Numbered from the stretch's first letter, positions 25,561 through 39,701 are shown. The stretch is 64,000 nucleotides of DNA from Tubulanus polymorphus (GCF_964204645.1 NC_134025.1:14694001-14758000); one strand, 5' to 3'. Notes: generated by a model from the letters alone, not told the origin. Program-made: numbers and translations.

Positions 25561-28118
25561 ATATTGTGAGATTTTTACTCACTGTCTTATCACATATATT
25601 GTGGTTTTTTTTATTTACATTATTCGAATTTCGATGCCAGACAAAAATATGGTCCAAGCCATAAACTGATTTTCAGCTGAAAACTGAATAGAATGGCTCA
25701 CTGGGATCGCTCCCCATATGAAGTTTAAGCTTACCTGCTTACTTGACAAATATTCTGAGGTTTCTAACGCAATGATTTTGGTAACCAACATCGCAAGTGG
25801 AAAAACTGACGCAAATGCAAGTATTCCGTAGAACATAATTGGCTTACAAATATGTATGCACAATAAAATGACTTCTTGTTTAGTTGATATCTTCTGAGCT
25901 CCATGTAATCTAGCCGAAAAAAAAGCAAAAAAACCATATCAACATCACCTGCCATAACACTTCTAACCCCTTACATATATTATTTCATCACAGTTTCAAC
26001 TAGAGGCCCACGGGCCTTGTAAAAATCAAAGCGTCAGGTAAAGTACTTTTGCATAGATGATATTAGGATTCTTTATTTTGTATTTGTTTGACATTATTTT
26101 TTTGATATCTCTCATACAAACATACTTAAGAGAGAGCTCCTGTCAGAATAGTACGAACATTTTGCTTTGACCCACTCCCCGTACAAAGTTCTACATTCGT
26201 TTACCCTTCCCCAAAATCTGTATGTACTATTTGAAAGCTCTATTATAAAATTTACCCCGAACACACGCATCGGCAGCCCCCAGAGCCATTCCGAGAGGCT
26301 GCGTTTGGGCTTTCCTATCTGCCAGTAACCTATCTGTGGTATGGAACCATTCTGAAAAACTGCGCAATGGGCCTGTCCCCCTTCAAGAACCATTCTGAGA
26401 CCCTGCGTACGGGCCGGCAACATGGTCAGAACATATCGCTAAGTACAATCATATTAATTTTGATCCAAAGATTACGTGTGATGAATGTCTTAACCAATGT
26501 TATCAAAGATCACGTGTGATGAATGTCTTAACCAATGTTTTAAACAATGTGGCACAAATCAGTGTTGAGAGAACTGTGTCATGTACTGTTCTGATGCTGC
26601 GTTGTGTATCTTAAAACAGTCAGGTCAGTAAATGACTATAGAACTACTATAGAAGCATAGTACGGTACTTTACTGTTAGATGGAGAACGCATCTTTTTTA
26701 ACCGAATTTTAGCCCGGGCTTAGAATGAATATTGTGACTCCCTCGGGCCACCAATCTGAAACATGTAACTTGATGACGGGAAAAACTGGTATTAAGCTTC
26801 AGTAAAAGGACGTTTCAATACATGCATTAATTTCCCTATAATGTGTCGTGGTAAATACCGTCCGTTCTGCTTTATAGTATAGATTAAGATTAAACTTTTT
26901 GAAAAACCAGCACAGATGCCTATTCTAATCACATGTAATTAAAAAATTCAGTGCTTCTTAGTTTGATGTCCCTATTTTCATCGCGCACATGGTTAAAATT
27001 ATTGTTTACATTGAACGTCTTCAACAGCTGGTACAACCGCACCCACGTCTGTCAATCATCTTAATTGATTCATATACTGAAATGCTCGCTATGAAAAAAC
27101 TGCGGTGAATCGATCTGGAATTTTTCAGTAGAATCTCAGACACTAGGTACCTTTCTTTAAAGGTTTATTTGTTGTATGTCATTAACAATCAGTGATATAA
27201 TACTTTATTCATAACTTTGAAGCTGCGCGCCGGCAGCGAACGCTCAAGCAAGGTCAGTCATGTAGGCCAACGATAACACAAATTAACAGACCACGGTTTC
27301 ACCAGTTAAGAGCGTCTCTCCACATAAATTAGAGGGATTGTAATGGACCATTTGTTGACACTAACCTTTAATAAACTTCATATGGATACAATCAAGATAA
27401 TTCCACCCTGTAATTCCACTATTCAACGATCGACGCGCAGCTTAAACATGGCGCCGCCATTCAATACGCTAGTCACGATGTATCTCTACACACATCAAAA
27501 TCACACTTGAATTACAAGTGTTGACTTATGAGGAACGATCGAAATCTAGCAATTTGATTGGGAAAATAGCAGCACTATAGTTGAAAAAAGTCAATAAACC
27601 ACCTGCAACTGTCTAATCATTTAAAAGCTTTGCCTTCACATGGACATATTTCCGCCTTATCACAGGTGCTGCTGCCGTGATTTGCCCAGTCAACGATAAA
27701 AACTTTCCCACGGTCTTAATATCGGCATTTTCTAATAATTTAGAAAAATATTTTTAAAAAGCGAAATTTCACAATCTGCATTAATAAGATTAGAGTATTC
27801 TTTCGTTTGACAAATCTTCCTCTGAACTCCCACCAACAAGTTATAAGTGGCTACACGAAAATGACGTCAATGACTCACTACCGTCTTATAACCATTAAAC
27901 ATCCTCACCCATTCAGTGCAGTGTATAACTTTGTGATGAACTTAGCTAGTTAGTACACAGCGTTATATTGATAGTGAAACTAACAAAACACCCTGCCATG
28001 GTATAGTGCACACTAGAGCAGTATGCCCATCAATCAACACAATGGGGTGGAATCTTTGAAGATTATCTCCAGCATTTTGGGTATTAGTTAGTCAATTCTG
28101 AAAGGGTTAAGTAAGTAT

Positions 28119-29260
28119 AAATTGCCCATGGACAAAGTGTTGTTTACCTTGAAAGCTAGAGGTTGTTTGGGGTAAGGGCATTGCTTGAAAAATCTTTTTA
28201 ATTCGTGACTTCAAAGTTCTACAAGTTTAAATATTGTATTTTATCTTTCTTAAAGGATTATTTTGTAGTCAAATAAGACCAGATATACATTTGTTTACGG
28301 TCTATATTCAAAATTTGTAGGGTACAGGTAGGCATGGAAACTATTTTATATTTTCAAAGAAATATTTTTCATAATATGAAAATAATATTCAAATAAAATT
28401 CATATGATGTCACACATCAGAGGGTGGCTGAATGTATGGCCGTGGAAGCTAAAATACCGGTGCAGTAAGAAATCGGCGTATTAGATCGTTTTAAATCCTG
28501 GAATTTACCACTACAATATTCAGACCTCGACCTATACCGACCTATAGTTTGCTGCTTAGTATTTTCAGGTCACAAGAAATTACAATTTATTACAAATTCT
28601 ATCAAACAGAAAACACAGCGCTCATCTTCTGCTGATGAAATGTCAAACGCGCCAGCAAGCAGCGTTACAGTATCACTATAGTAGTGTATACTGTACGCGC
28701 GTGTGTTTGTGTGAGCAACAAACAGTCTAATCTAATGATTTCCGCGCGTACGTGGAGGCCTTGTGTAAGTGAATGTTCGCTTACACTTCAACGTCAATCA
28801 AATCAATCACCCGGCATTAAAATGAAACAATACCTATGGCGGATAATTATTACATTCTCACCAGTAATGAGCATTTAAAATTCGCATGTATCCGGCACCT
28901 AGTCCAATGAAACGTTCGCCATTCTATGGCTTTCCCATAATTATTTTAGTAGCGCCGGAATTCCCCATATATCCCAAAAACAGCCAATCACATTCGCTTG
29001 TAGAGACAACGCCCCCCAATCGAGGTCATTGCAATTTTATACGCGAGAGCTAAGAATTTTCCCGCCAAAAACAGTTTTTCATAGAATTTTAACAATGTTG
29101 ACCTTGTCATCGACGGAGGTTCGCCATGTTTTCAATCGCATCGATTATACGTCGTTTAAGCTGAGAACCAATGAAACAAATGCTCACATAAAAAAAAAGT
29201 ACCGCGATTTTACATGAATTGGCTCAATGCCTACTTCATATCGCTGACAAAGGTAAACCA
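28119..29260 (-). mobile_element. Full-length non-autonomous Helentron/Helitron2-like element, family A
   Basis: The minus strand begins TGGTTTACCTTTG and ends with the asymmetric inverted repeat CAAGGTAAAC(A/C)A, then the short palindrome TTGCCCATGGGCAA (perfect in the 63600 copy). It sits between T residues with no TSD. Confidence 0.8.
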
Positions 29261-30422
29261 ATAAAAATCGTAGCTGTAAGTTTGTCGATTGTAGGACAGT
29301 AGAATCTAGTAAACAAAATGATTTTACGATGAATGAAACATTATTCAACGGATAACTGACGTAAATATTTGGCGCATACACACAGATTTTCAGTTGTAGA
29401 TTACATAGATTGATAGTGTGGAGCCACTGACATGTGCATTTAACAATGCCGTTCATTACTAACAGTGGATCAGAAAGTTTATAAATGCTTAGTACAGTGT
29501 AGTTGTTAGCTTAGAGCTCGTTAAAAATTTCAAAAGCCACCAACGCAACTATTTCTTTTCACTTGGCCTTTCTTTGTTTTGCTGAAATTCCGTGATTCAT
29601 TGCTTCTTTCATGCTAACGTTTTCGACAATATTCTATAGGTTTTAGATTACTTTAGTTTCATCAAAGAAATTCAAATTAATTCGAGATATGTAGGTCTCA
29701 ATCTGTTCACGTCAAACAGTAAGGCAGTTCAACTGTTCAAAACTACAATATAGTTTAAACTGAATCTAAAAGTGGACCAAAGAATGTGACACTAGGTACA
29801 TAAAACCGCGCCGAACGGAAGACTGCGGAAATCATAGGCACGATATGTTATCGTCACATTATCGACCTTAGCATCATGTGCAAGTCAGACACAGAGCTCA
29901 ATATGCCAATAACCATGCAGAGGCAGGATCATTGCAAGCATGCTGCATCGAGAACTGGGATCAAATTCAATTATATACTACACAATATTGGTCCATCCAC
30001 CTGCATGTGTTTTCAATGCAAATTAGTACTGTATAAAATTTTTTCGTCAAGATAACCCCAGATGTATGCATTATCACTTTTAGTTCAAATATTTTCAAAT
30101 GCATCCTTTTTTCAACTTCATCCTTTTTTCAAAATATATTATCCTTTAAGAAAATCCATAGATTAATGGCTTCGTTGATTTTGGTGAGTAATACATGTTA
30201 CTGAAGCGAGGGCGCTATTATCACAGCTCCACAGTAAAGTAAATATTGCGAACTACGCCTCGCATTAGTTCTTAACTTCAGAAGTGATGAACCAGTTTTC
30301 TGAAAACAAATCTAAGCTGCTTACCCGCATTAGAAGTGCTGGTTTTATGTCCTTGCCCAGGCCTCATATCATAACCAAATATACGTTGATATAATACAAG
30401 TTACGGCACACCTCAATGAGTA

Positions 30423-32725
30423 CACTGTAAAAAGTATTTCCGTAAGTTAACGGCTTAAAGCCGTAATTTGACGTTGCAGCAGTGTTTCCGGAAATAAATC
30501 CGTATATACTGATTCACCGTTTAAGAACGGCATGGCTAGTCGACGGATTGAGAACCGTATTTCCGTCATTATACAGTACACTTTACGGCCCAGACCGGAA
30601 ACAGATCCGTTTTATAACGGTAGAGATCCGTAAATAGACGTTTGTAAAACCGCTCCCAAACGGTGTGAAATCCTCAAATACTTGACCTGTAGAGAGTTCG
30701 TCCTTCCAGGGTTCGAACCTATATACTACTCAAGTTGCTGAAACCTGGCTCGAGTGACGGTGCTTGCCAATTACCACTGAACATGTATGCAGCAAGGGCA
30801 ATCTTGTCTCAATCAAATCAGATACGAAAACATAAAAAAATGTAATAAAATGGAAATATATTTTCCAGGTGTTTCTACCCATTGAATTATATACATAAGA
30901 TCACATTTCTCAATTGCACAATATCTTAATATTTGCACTCATTACTTGTCTCAAAAGATATGGTAAAAAAATCCATCAATATTTGGCTGAGGAAGATATC
31001 ATTTGATTACTATCCACGACTTTAATTAAAGGTATATAATTATTTGATAGAGAAGAAATTGGCTCTTAACAAATTAATCTTTAAAACTATTATACATGGG
31101 ATAAAATAAAGTAAAGCTTTGGCTACTTTGGTTTGAAACTTAGCACTAAAAAAAATCCAGCTTAAAGCATAATCAGCACCGACTATCCATCTGTACTGTT
31201 TGATTCAACAACATCAAATTCATTTTTCAAAATGTAATTATTCAGAAACACTATATTTGATCAAAATGAAGCAGATTGCTTTCCTTAATACATGTACACT
31301 GTATCAAGTTTTATGGTCTCATGTATGCCTTGAAAAATTAAGCAGATAACATAGAAAATATTCAAAGTATTTTAAGTACAACTCAATATAGCTGCTAGAT
31401 TGGGTAAATAACTTTTTACATAATGGCAAAATACCATGAATGAAATATAAGATTCTATGATAGTTTAGAACCACCATTCTATAAACTTGATTGGTATTAC
31501 ATCTGTTGATGCCCAAGCTAGGCAGCCTTGGATTTAGTACATCCTCCTGGGTCGTATCGAACAATGAAACGCGTAATGAAATACTGGCTATTTGCACAGT
31601 TTCTTTTTACTTCTGGATAGTAGTTCAAACCGAAGTATCGGTACACGCATCCTCGCCTGCCAGGGGTCCTGTATCGCCCGCGAACTCGCTTCCACCCCCT
31701 GGACTCACGACGCGTGATTTCATTACTGGCGCTTTTGCACATGACGTCATGTATCAACTTGCGAAATAGTTCCTTGTTCGCCCAAAGTTCGCTGATTGGT
31801 CCATTTAACGGGAATTCCAACAGAAGCCTCATGACATTTGTTATCGGTACAACCGGATTCTGGTCGGCCATTTATATACCAACGACTCGCGAGGTGACAT
31901 GAACCGTGATGATGTACTGCTTACTGTCGATCTTTACTGTAACAGAGAAAATGCAAAAAAGTACATGATCTTAAATTTAATTGCCACCCTGCGACAGTGA
32001 TGGTCTTGGTGAAAGCATTGTCACTAACCCAAGGGCAGTTCTGGGTTAACTGCAAGATCCTGGGCATAGGTGTATAGGCCTACCTATTCTTCTTGTTCCC
32101 ATTTTGACAGTGAACAATAGCAAAGGAACAATGTCCAAGGATCAAGACATCAAAATGACACTGTCCAACCGACAGGCAAAGCCAAATTTGTATTATTCTT
32201 AGCTTCTTCGATAAGTTCATGGGCCGTTTTGGTATCAAACAAACACACACACATTGTACTTCAATGATTCCACTGCATCAAACAATAAATCATGGTTTAA
32301 AAAGCAATTTACCTGCTAAAAGTTTGCTGTCATCCTCAGTGCCGAACAGTACCCGCCATTTTGAAATTGTGGTGTGAACGCAAAAAAAAACGTCAAATGA
32401 CGATTTTAACACCGTGCTAAACCGGCATCAACCGCGCATAGACGGTTCCATACACGTCTCTAATTTTAGGTCGGGACGAAAAACGTTGTTCAACGGCATC
32501 ACCGATTTTAAACGGTTTCATACGTCTATTCACGGATTGGACGGTTCCAAAACCGTATATTGACTGAAATTAAGTCGTATGAAAGGTACGACATGTTCAT
32601 TGCCGTATAATAGCGGAAAACGCCGTTAATTGACGACCTTCTCCGTTCTCAGATGTTTTTAAACCGCACCTTTACGGGAAAACGGGAATTTACCGTTTTA
32701 CTTTTTATTACTTTTTTTAGAAAGT
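30423..32725. mobile_element. CACTA/EnSpm-like non-autonomous DNA transposon
   Basis: Left terminus CACTGTAAAAAGTA. Dense CCGT/ACGG subterminal motifs at 30440-30665 and 32400-32700. The right terminus is degenerate (TACTTTTTTTAGA). Confidence 0.55.
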
Positions 32726-33439
32726 TCAATCACCACAGCCATAAGGGTGGGCAAAGTCGAGGGATAGCCGGATATGGCATCAGGCAGGGAAATAATTATT
32801 TTACAGAATACGTTCAATTTCTTCTTTCAGAGATAAAGTCATCATTCCTTTCAACAAACTCAGGAAAGCGCAATAAATTACAGACTGACTGAGCAAGTTC
32901 TAAAGCTATCTTGTGTCAAATAACAAAGAAAACTGGGAAAATGAAGTGCAAGTCGAACCACACTTAAGCATCGTGGTCGGCGTTGCTACAGAACCCGGCC
33001 ACAAAAACCTCTTGGAAGTAGATGAATAATGAAACTGCACATAATCATTGGAGAAGGTGAAGACGGTAATTCTATAACTTATTGAAACTTAATTGAATAT
33101 ATTTGAATATTGCCATATGAAATCTCTATTATAACAAATACCGGTATTACAATCAGCAATAGAATATTAACCAATTAGACGCCACGACTTACATATGTTC
33201 CAGAATAATGAACACTTAATTAGCCAATTGAATTTTCATATAAAGATTAGTAGAGATGCAGCGTGAAAACTACTGAAAATGATGCATTACTACCATTAGT
33301 TATTTTGAAGATAATTATACAGGCTTTCCATTGCTGTATAGATTTTGTCAAACATTTGTCAAAAGTTTGACCTTTGACCCCCTCAAACTATAGGTGACGC
33401 CAGACTACAGTGCACATTAGCGGACGTTCTGCGGATATA

Positions 33440-34620
33440 CAGAATTTAGACGTGCGCATTCATTATTGTCTGTCGTGTTTGAAAGTTTATAGGAAACCCA
33501 CTCATTCTGGATCCTACCTGCATTATTTTTCCTTAACTACTTATAGCATAAAACTCGGTGTTGCTCAAGGATTATTTCTTCGTGCTTTTAGGATTTGTGA
33601 CCAACTTTGAAGATGAACTCACACAGATTAGGATTTCCCTTAAATGTTAGCTTATCCTAACCACCTTTTGAATAAAGCTCTTTTTCGAGCCCGTCGCACA
33701 CATTTCTGTAATTCTGTAGTTCTTTTTTAGGAAAAATCAAAAACCCCCTTCATCTCCTTAACCAACAGCTCGTTTTCACATACAATAACAAACTTAGTCA
33801 TATTCTAACTCACAATTCCTGCAAAACGGAACCTTAATGAATATTGGTGTACATGAAATCCCTTGTAAAATCTGTAATAAAATATACATGTTAATTGGTG
33901 AAACTGAAACGGCATGATTTGAACAACCACCTCAGAGACCATAAAACTGACATAAGAAATTTCAAACCCGAAAATGGAGTAGCTTATCGTAGCGTTTATG
34001 AAACTAGTCACAATTTTGATTTTGATAATGCCGCTATAATTTTTCCCTGTCCCGATAAAACCAAACGTCACATTATGAAATCTGCCCTTACTATTGAAAA
34101 TATGGATAAATGTGTTAATATGAATAACGGTTTTCTCCTCACAACATTTTGATCTCTATATTTCTCGCTTCACTTGTATCCCCATTATTCTAAATCCCGT
34201 TAGCTTGTTTTCCTCCACTTGACACTTCCACTCATTCACTCCCTCCTCTCTCACTCATTCCTTGATTATTCCTTTCATGTCCTTCCTTTTGTTTTTGTTT
34301 TTTTTGAATACCCACCTAGTTTGTCCCTGCCTCAGAATTACTCTGGGCTTTGTTTATAAATTACTTTAATCTCGCACTACTTTACCCCTATTTTGCCGTT
34401 TGCCTTCTTTGTATTCTTCCATAGTGTTCAGGTTTGTCGTTTAAAAACCTAAGTCCTTTGTCTGATGCTTGTATAAATATTCTGTTGCTTGTATAAATAT
34501 TCTGTTATCTTATTTTGTTCTCAGTACGCTTGATGATGGCTAATAGCATTTAGCCAAAACGTTGCTCTTAAATATAATCATTCTGATACTTTTCCATTTA
34601 GGCTTCATTTATGTGGGATT
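33440..34620 (+). mobile_element. Penelope-like retroelement remnant (RT C-terminus, GIY-YIG endonuclease, 3' end)
   Basis: KVYRKPTHSGSYLHYFS, GLFLRAFRIC, GVHEIPCKICNKIY..GET, HNFDFDNAAII, KRHIMKSALTI. Multiple stops and frameshifts. Confidence 0.85.
34529..34565 (+). ncRNA. Degenerate minimal hammerhead ribozyme motif of a Penelope element
   Basis: TGATGA, then stem GGCTAA/TTAGCC, then AAAACGTTG. The core deviates from CUGANGA...GAAA, so it is probably inactive. Confidence 0.55.
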
Positions 34621-34716
34621 TCTCTCGTTAATTAAGATGAATACTGCTAGTGTCAGTCAGCCAGATGTGTTCATGTAAACATTGTAAACAACTGACTGTG
34701 AGATGAGTCGGTGGTG

Positions 34717-35292
34717 CAAACCTCCCAACCCTGAGTTTTTTTTAAGTAACACATATCTAAATTCTAAGTATTTTCAGAAATTTCTAAGAAACCAACCTTT
34801 AAACTGGTAATTTTCATGAAAAATAAGTAGTTTCCTTAACTTTACACAAAAATCAAAATTTCATTTATCAAAATCAAATGTTTTTTGGCGGGACCTTCTG
34901 TACATTCTGTCTCAAGTTCAGAATTGTGTGTGTGTGCGTCGCTAGGCTCAGATTGAGATGATGGATCTGAAGAGAACTCGGCATCAGACATGACAGAATC
35001 ATCCACACCAGACGTCATTTTCGATTCTACATAGATGGCGGACAGCAGTCAGTGTTCCGCCAAAGATCGTAAAAAATTTATTTTGGCGTGATTTACAGCA
35101 AAAGCAGGTAAATGAACAATATGACGACTTTTATTTGTGTAATAAATGATTTTTACTTAAACGTTATGGAAAAAAATTTCTCGGATTTTCAACACAAATG
35201 AAATACGTAACATTTCTGGAAAAATGTAACACTGTAATTTCACTTTAATTTATGTAACCATTCCGGGAAAAACAGAATTGTTGGCAGGTCTG
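34717..35292. mobile_element. Possible hAT-like MITE
   Basis: CAAACCTCCCAAC ... GTTGGCAGGTCTG imperfect TIRs. No clean TSD. Confidence 0.45.
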
Positions 35293-35477
35293 GCGTGGGA
35301 TGTGGCCTACACTGAAAATCTCAAGTGCAGTACCACCGGATTTTCGGTGCCTCTGAACGTCGGCCTTTAACTAGAAAGCAATTTTCTAAGAGGACATTGT
35401 ATCTACAAGAGTACGTACATGTCATGAGAAATATAACTAAATTTTTTTACGACAAAAACAGTCCCATAATTCTGTAA

Positions 35478-35708
35478 GGGAGCATCTCAAAATTTCAATA
35501 GTTCCCGCAATTAGAATAACTGTCTAATTGGTTTTAACCCCCACCCCCTGTGATTAGACACATGCCAACGTTGGAACTATTGATTTCTAATGAGAGACCA
35601 CAGACAAAGATAAGACATTCTCACGAGTGTTCGATCACAACTTTCAATTGAAAATATATCGAAAATACCAACAGCAACTAAAAGAGAGATGGTTAAATCT
35701 ACTGCTTG

Positions 35709-35789
<81 letters not shown>

Positions 35790-35955
35790 CATATATATAT
35801 ATATTCATATATATTAACTGCAATTCAATTCAATATCATCTTTATTGCACCACAATAAATCGATAGTTCGGCTGTTGTGATGAATCCGTAAGAGGCTTTA
35901 ACCCCCCTTCCCCAAGTTATTCTAATTGACGTAATCAAAATTTTGAGATGCTCCC
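35478..35955. mobile_element. PIF/Harbinger-like MITE, TAA TSD, containing a (TA)n tract
   Basis: TAA|GGGAGCATCTCAAAATTT ... AAATTTTGAGATGCTCCC|TAA. Confidence 0.82.
35711..35814. repeat. (TA)n microsatellite
   Basis: Direct reading of the sequence. Confidence 0.95.
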
Positions 35956-37049
35956 TAAGTTTCTCGGGAGTACGTTGCTATCCAAGTATGGCATATTTAC
36001 CACAGGGGGATTCTTGTTTTCCAGATTTTATTTCTTTCAAGATCACGACCAGCTACATTTGAACGTTACTTTCTTAAACACATGATCCAATCGAAATATG
36101 CACACTGAGGACAGTGGTGTTTAATTATTTCAGATCGAGAAGAGCAGAAATGTCTAGTGTAGAGATACAGTCAAACCTCATTACAACTAAGTTCTGGGGA
36201 GAAAATAAGAACTTTGTTATATCCGATACTTTGTTATAAAGGCTGAAAAAAAATATAAATCGTAGCTAATGAACTAAAATGCTTACATTGCTGAAACGTG
36301 CGTTTCATAACTTATACACTCAAGGAAAGTTCTGAAGCTTTAGTCCAACTAATCGCTGGAGGTTATCTTTCGATGAGCCCCTCTGAGCCATCAAATTAAA
36401 CATTCTGCATATATCCACTTTTTTCGTTTCTTTGTCAACTTCTTGGAAGTATTTTGACTTTAGTGGCCAAATCAATTTACATGCGTGAGGCACGCATTGT
36501 AGAAAATATGAATGGCTAAAGCGTATCTGTTGTTACTAAGTCTTCAGTAACTTCGAGAAGTTCAGTTTAAAAACAATGCTTTGTATATCAATTATATGGG
36601 TTCGCTTAATCAATATTTTCTGCCGCGGCCTCATGGAATTATGTTGTAACCTATGATTAATTTCATCTTTGTGAGATAAGAACTTTATTCTCCTGACTAA
36701 TAGTGTGCTCAGCCGGCCAAAGGCGCCAACTACCATTCAAAAACACCACTATTGTTTAGAAATGAAATGAAATAGTCTAGATAGTCTCACATGCATGTAT
36801 TCACTGCCTGCTCTTGCGCATTCACCCTAGTAGTTGATAGGTGAATGACGTACCCACAGCAGGTGTCGCTCATATGATGTTTCCAAAACATCATGCATAG
36901 CGAAAGGGTTAACAGCTCGAAAGACCTTTGGAATTCAGACTTTTCATTACCAATACAAATCATTTTCAAAGACCTTTTGATATTCATTTTACCGATGATC
37001 TGTTAAATAACTTAAATGAAAATTCATGATGAAGTTTGTCTTTTAAAAA

Positions 37050-37800
37050 AACAAGAGGCCCATGGGCCTTGAAGCGTTGATTATACTGTGGTAAGTTATT
37101 ATGTGCTCAATGTTTTACATCTGCTGGCAAATGTTCTATGACGATGTTGATTGGGAGTACCACAGACTTAAGGTCTTAACGTAAGATTTTCATTCATGCT
37201 GAATTTTTCTGCCGAACGACTTAGCCATGTTATTTGTATTGTTAAACCTCATTAATGCCATTCTGCTAAAGATGAAATTAGTTTATTCTGATGTTTTCCA
37301 TCATGTCCCAGCCAAGAGATTTATATCAATCAAGATTTGGATACAAAGACTCATTTAAAACAACAATTTCGGCACTTTCACATACAAGATTCATATCAAA
37401 GACGTAGTCCTACAACCGCAAGGGTATAAATCTCGACTGACTGTAGTTTTTCTTACATAAAATGTAAGGCTGTATTGCTAAATAATGGAAAAAAAGAAGA
37501 TTTTTTATGAATGCAAAATCCTCTGATCCATGATAGGTAGATCAACTGGACAAACATGTGCATCCAAATGTCGCACAAACATCTCGCGATGGTGTCACTG
37601 AGGCCAGCTGATGATTGCTTGTTTGTCTTTCTTAAACTCTTCATTATTTTCAAATACCGCATTAAAACAAAATGTGTTAATAACACGTACGCCAATTGTA
37701 TTTATATATGCTGTCACCAGTATAGCGTGTATAACATTGTATTGATCACACTCGCAGCACACTACGTCGCTGCTATGATACAAACAGCCAGCCTGCGATA
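37050..37800. mobile_element. Dispersed repeat family B, copy 2
   Basis: Same terminus and body as the copy starting at 8163. Confidence 0.72.
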
Positions 37801-38584
37801 ATTACTGTCTGACTGTGATAATGAAAGACTTCACAGATATTGTCTGACAACCTTTCAAATCTGAAGATTCCCACTTCCCAGCAACATTAGAATTCAAAGG
37901 CCAACAGGCCGATCCAATAAACCATTTTACAGTTGCTAGCCACCATTTTGTTAGGGTACTCTTGTCACGTATTGTTAGGTCATTTTTTTCTCCTTTGTGT
38001 TTTATCATATCTTATCTGTCCCATGATGGATTTTGACAGTTTTAGCAATATTCTAACCGTATGAATCTCTAGTTTTCATTTATGTGAAAATCATTTCTAA
38101 AATTTGCAACAATGCGACATGAGAGCGACATAAAAATCGGTGGTCAGTTTTTGCCACGCGCATAAAAATCCAGGGAACTGATTTTTGAAGTTTGTTATTT
38201 TCAGACATAATTTTCTAAAAAATCCAAACATTTCAGGAACTGTGCACATAAATGTCCCATTTCAAGTGAACTTTAAAATTCTAAGATAGCTTGCCTACTT
38301 TTCAACCTATGTCTGCAGTGCATGTATTGTCATTCCGAGTCTCGGTGCTGTTTACTACGCGTGTATTTCAGTATATGGGTGTTATTTTTCATTTATATTA
38401 CACTTGTCTCGATGGAAAATGGTTTATTCTCAGTCAGATTTTTCATTCAACCATACTTCACTTTTTTACACATTAACAACATAAATCGAAGTCAGAATTG
38501 TATCAATATTAGACCTGATATTGCCATTCTAACTCTGTTAGTATTTCATATCAGACAATTCTATTCTATTGGGCAAAAAGAAAC

Positions 38585-39701
38585 ACTAGGGGTCCAGGGA
38601 CACCATGCCCACTTGGGAAGTGGTTTCAAATGCTCAACAATCTAACAATTTCAATTGATTGTGATAACAAAAAATGCCTCGTTACCAATTTAATATGGAA
38701 ATTCTACGTTATTCTACTATTCAATGCCCCCTGGTGACAATATTCAAAAACCAATAACCTTGTAACTCACCATATTCATAGAACATGTCATGAACTACAA
38801 CTTTGCAATTGATCATGGTAACAAAATATGCCTAGGTACCAATATAATAAGGAAATACCAGGTTATTCTACTTTTCAACGCCCCCTGGTGACCATACAGA
38901 ATAACTAATTTCCTTAAAACTCACCACAATCATAGATGATGTCATGAGCCACAACTTTGCAATTGATTGCGGTAACAAAATATGTATTGGTACGAATATA
39001 ATATAGAAATACTAAGATATTGTATTATTCAACGCCCCCTGGTGGCCATATACAAAAAACAATGAACTTGAAACTCACCACAATCATAGAACACGTTATA
39101 CGCTACAACTTTCTATTTCATTGTTGTAACAAAATATGCTTAGGTATCAATATAATGTGGAAAAACTTTTTCCCACCTACGAATGAGTACTAATGACACC
39201 AAGATGGCCGCCAATTGCGTCATAATTGGCGGATCAAAAATACCTGTCTTAGGTATAAAACAACCCTTTACAAAGAATACCCATCACAAATTGCAATGAG
39301 AAATGGCAAACCAGTAGGAAGCTGCAGGACCTAGAATTCTGGCCAAAATTGACATTTTTGGGCACTAAAAAGGTCATAGGACGGCCATCTTGAGTCATAT
39401 GGACCCAATTTTTCTTATGTTGATGGGCCCTTGGTAGATTCAAATATAATCAAAAGATCAAGGTAATTGATCAAAGCGTCTTCAAAATTTCCCTCGTAAA
39501 CTTCGAAAATGTGTAAAAAGTGCTGATTTTGGCGAGCAACAATGGCTGCCAGTCGGCCATCTTGATTCTGACAGGGCCATTTTTTGGGCTGACGATGTGT
39601 CTAGGGTAGATACATGTATAAACCAAATATCAAGACATTACCTTGAAGCGTCTTCAAAACTTCCCAAAATAACTGGATTCCCTCTACGGACGGACGGACG
39701 C
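38585..39701 (+). mobile_element. HINE family C, copy 2
   Basis: ACTAGGGGTCCAGGGACACCATGCCC start, three ~153-bp units, and an end in (GGAC)n. Confidence 0.82.

Noticed and set aside
30690-30790. tRNA-like segment with GGTTCGAACC
   Set aside because: Only a B-box-like motif; no cloverleaf or SINE body could be supported.
35577-35866. ORFs with poly-YI (also 49155-49411) and the poly-Leu ORF at 5144-5326
   Set aside because: These are translations of (TA)n and (AAT)n microsatellites.
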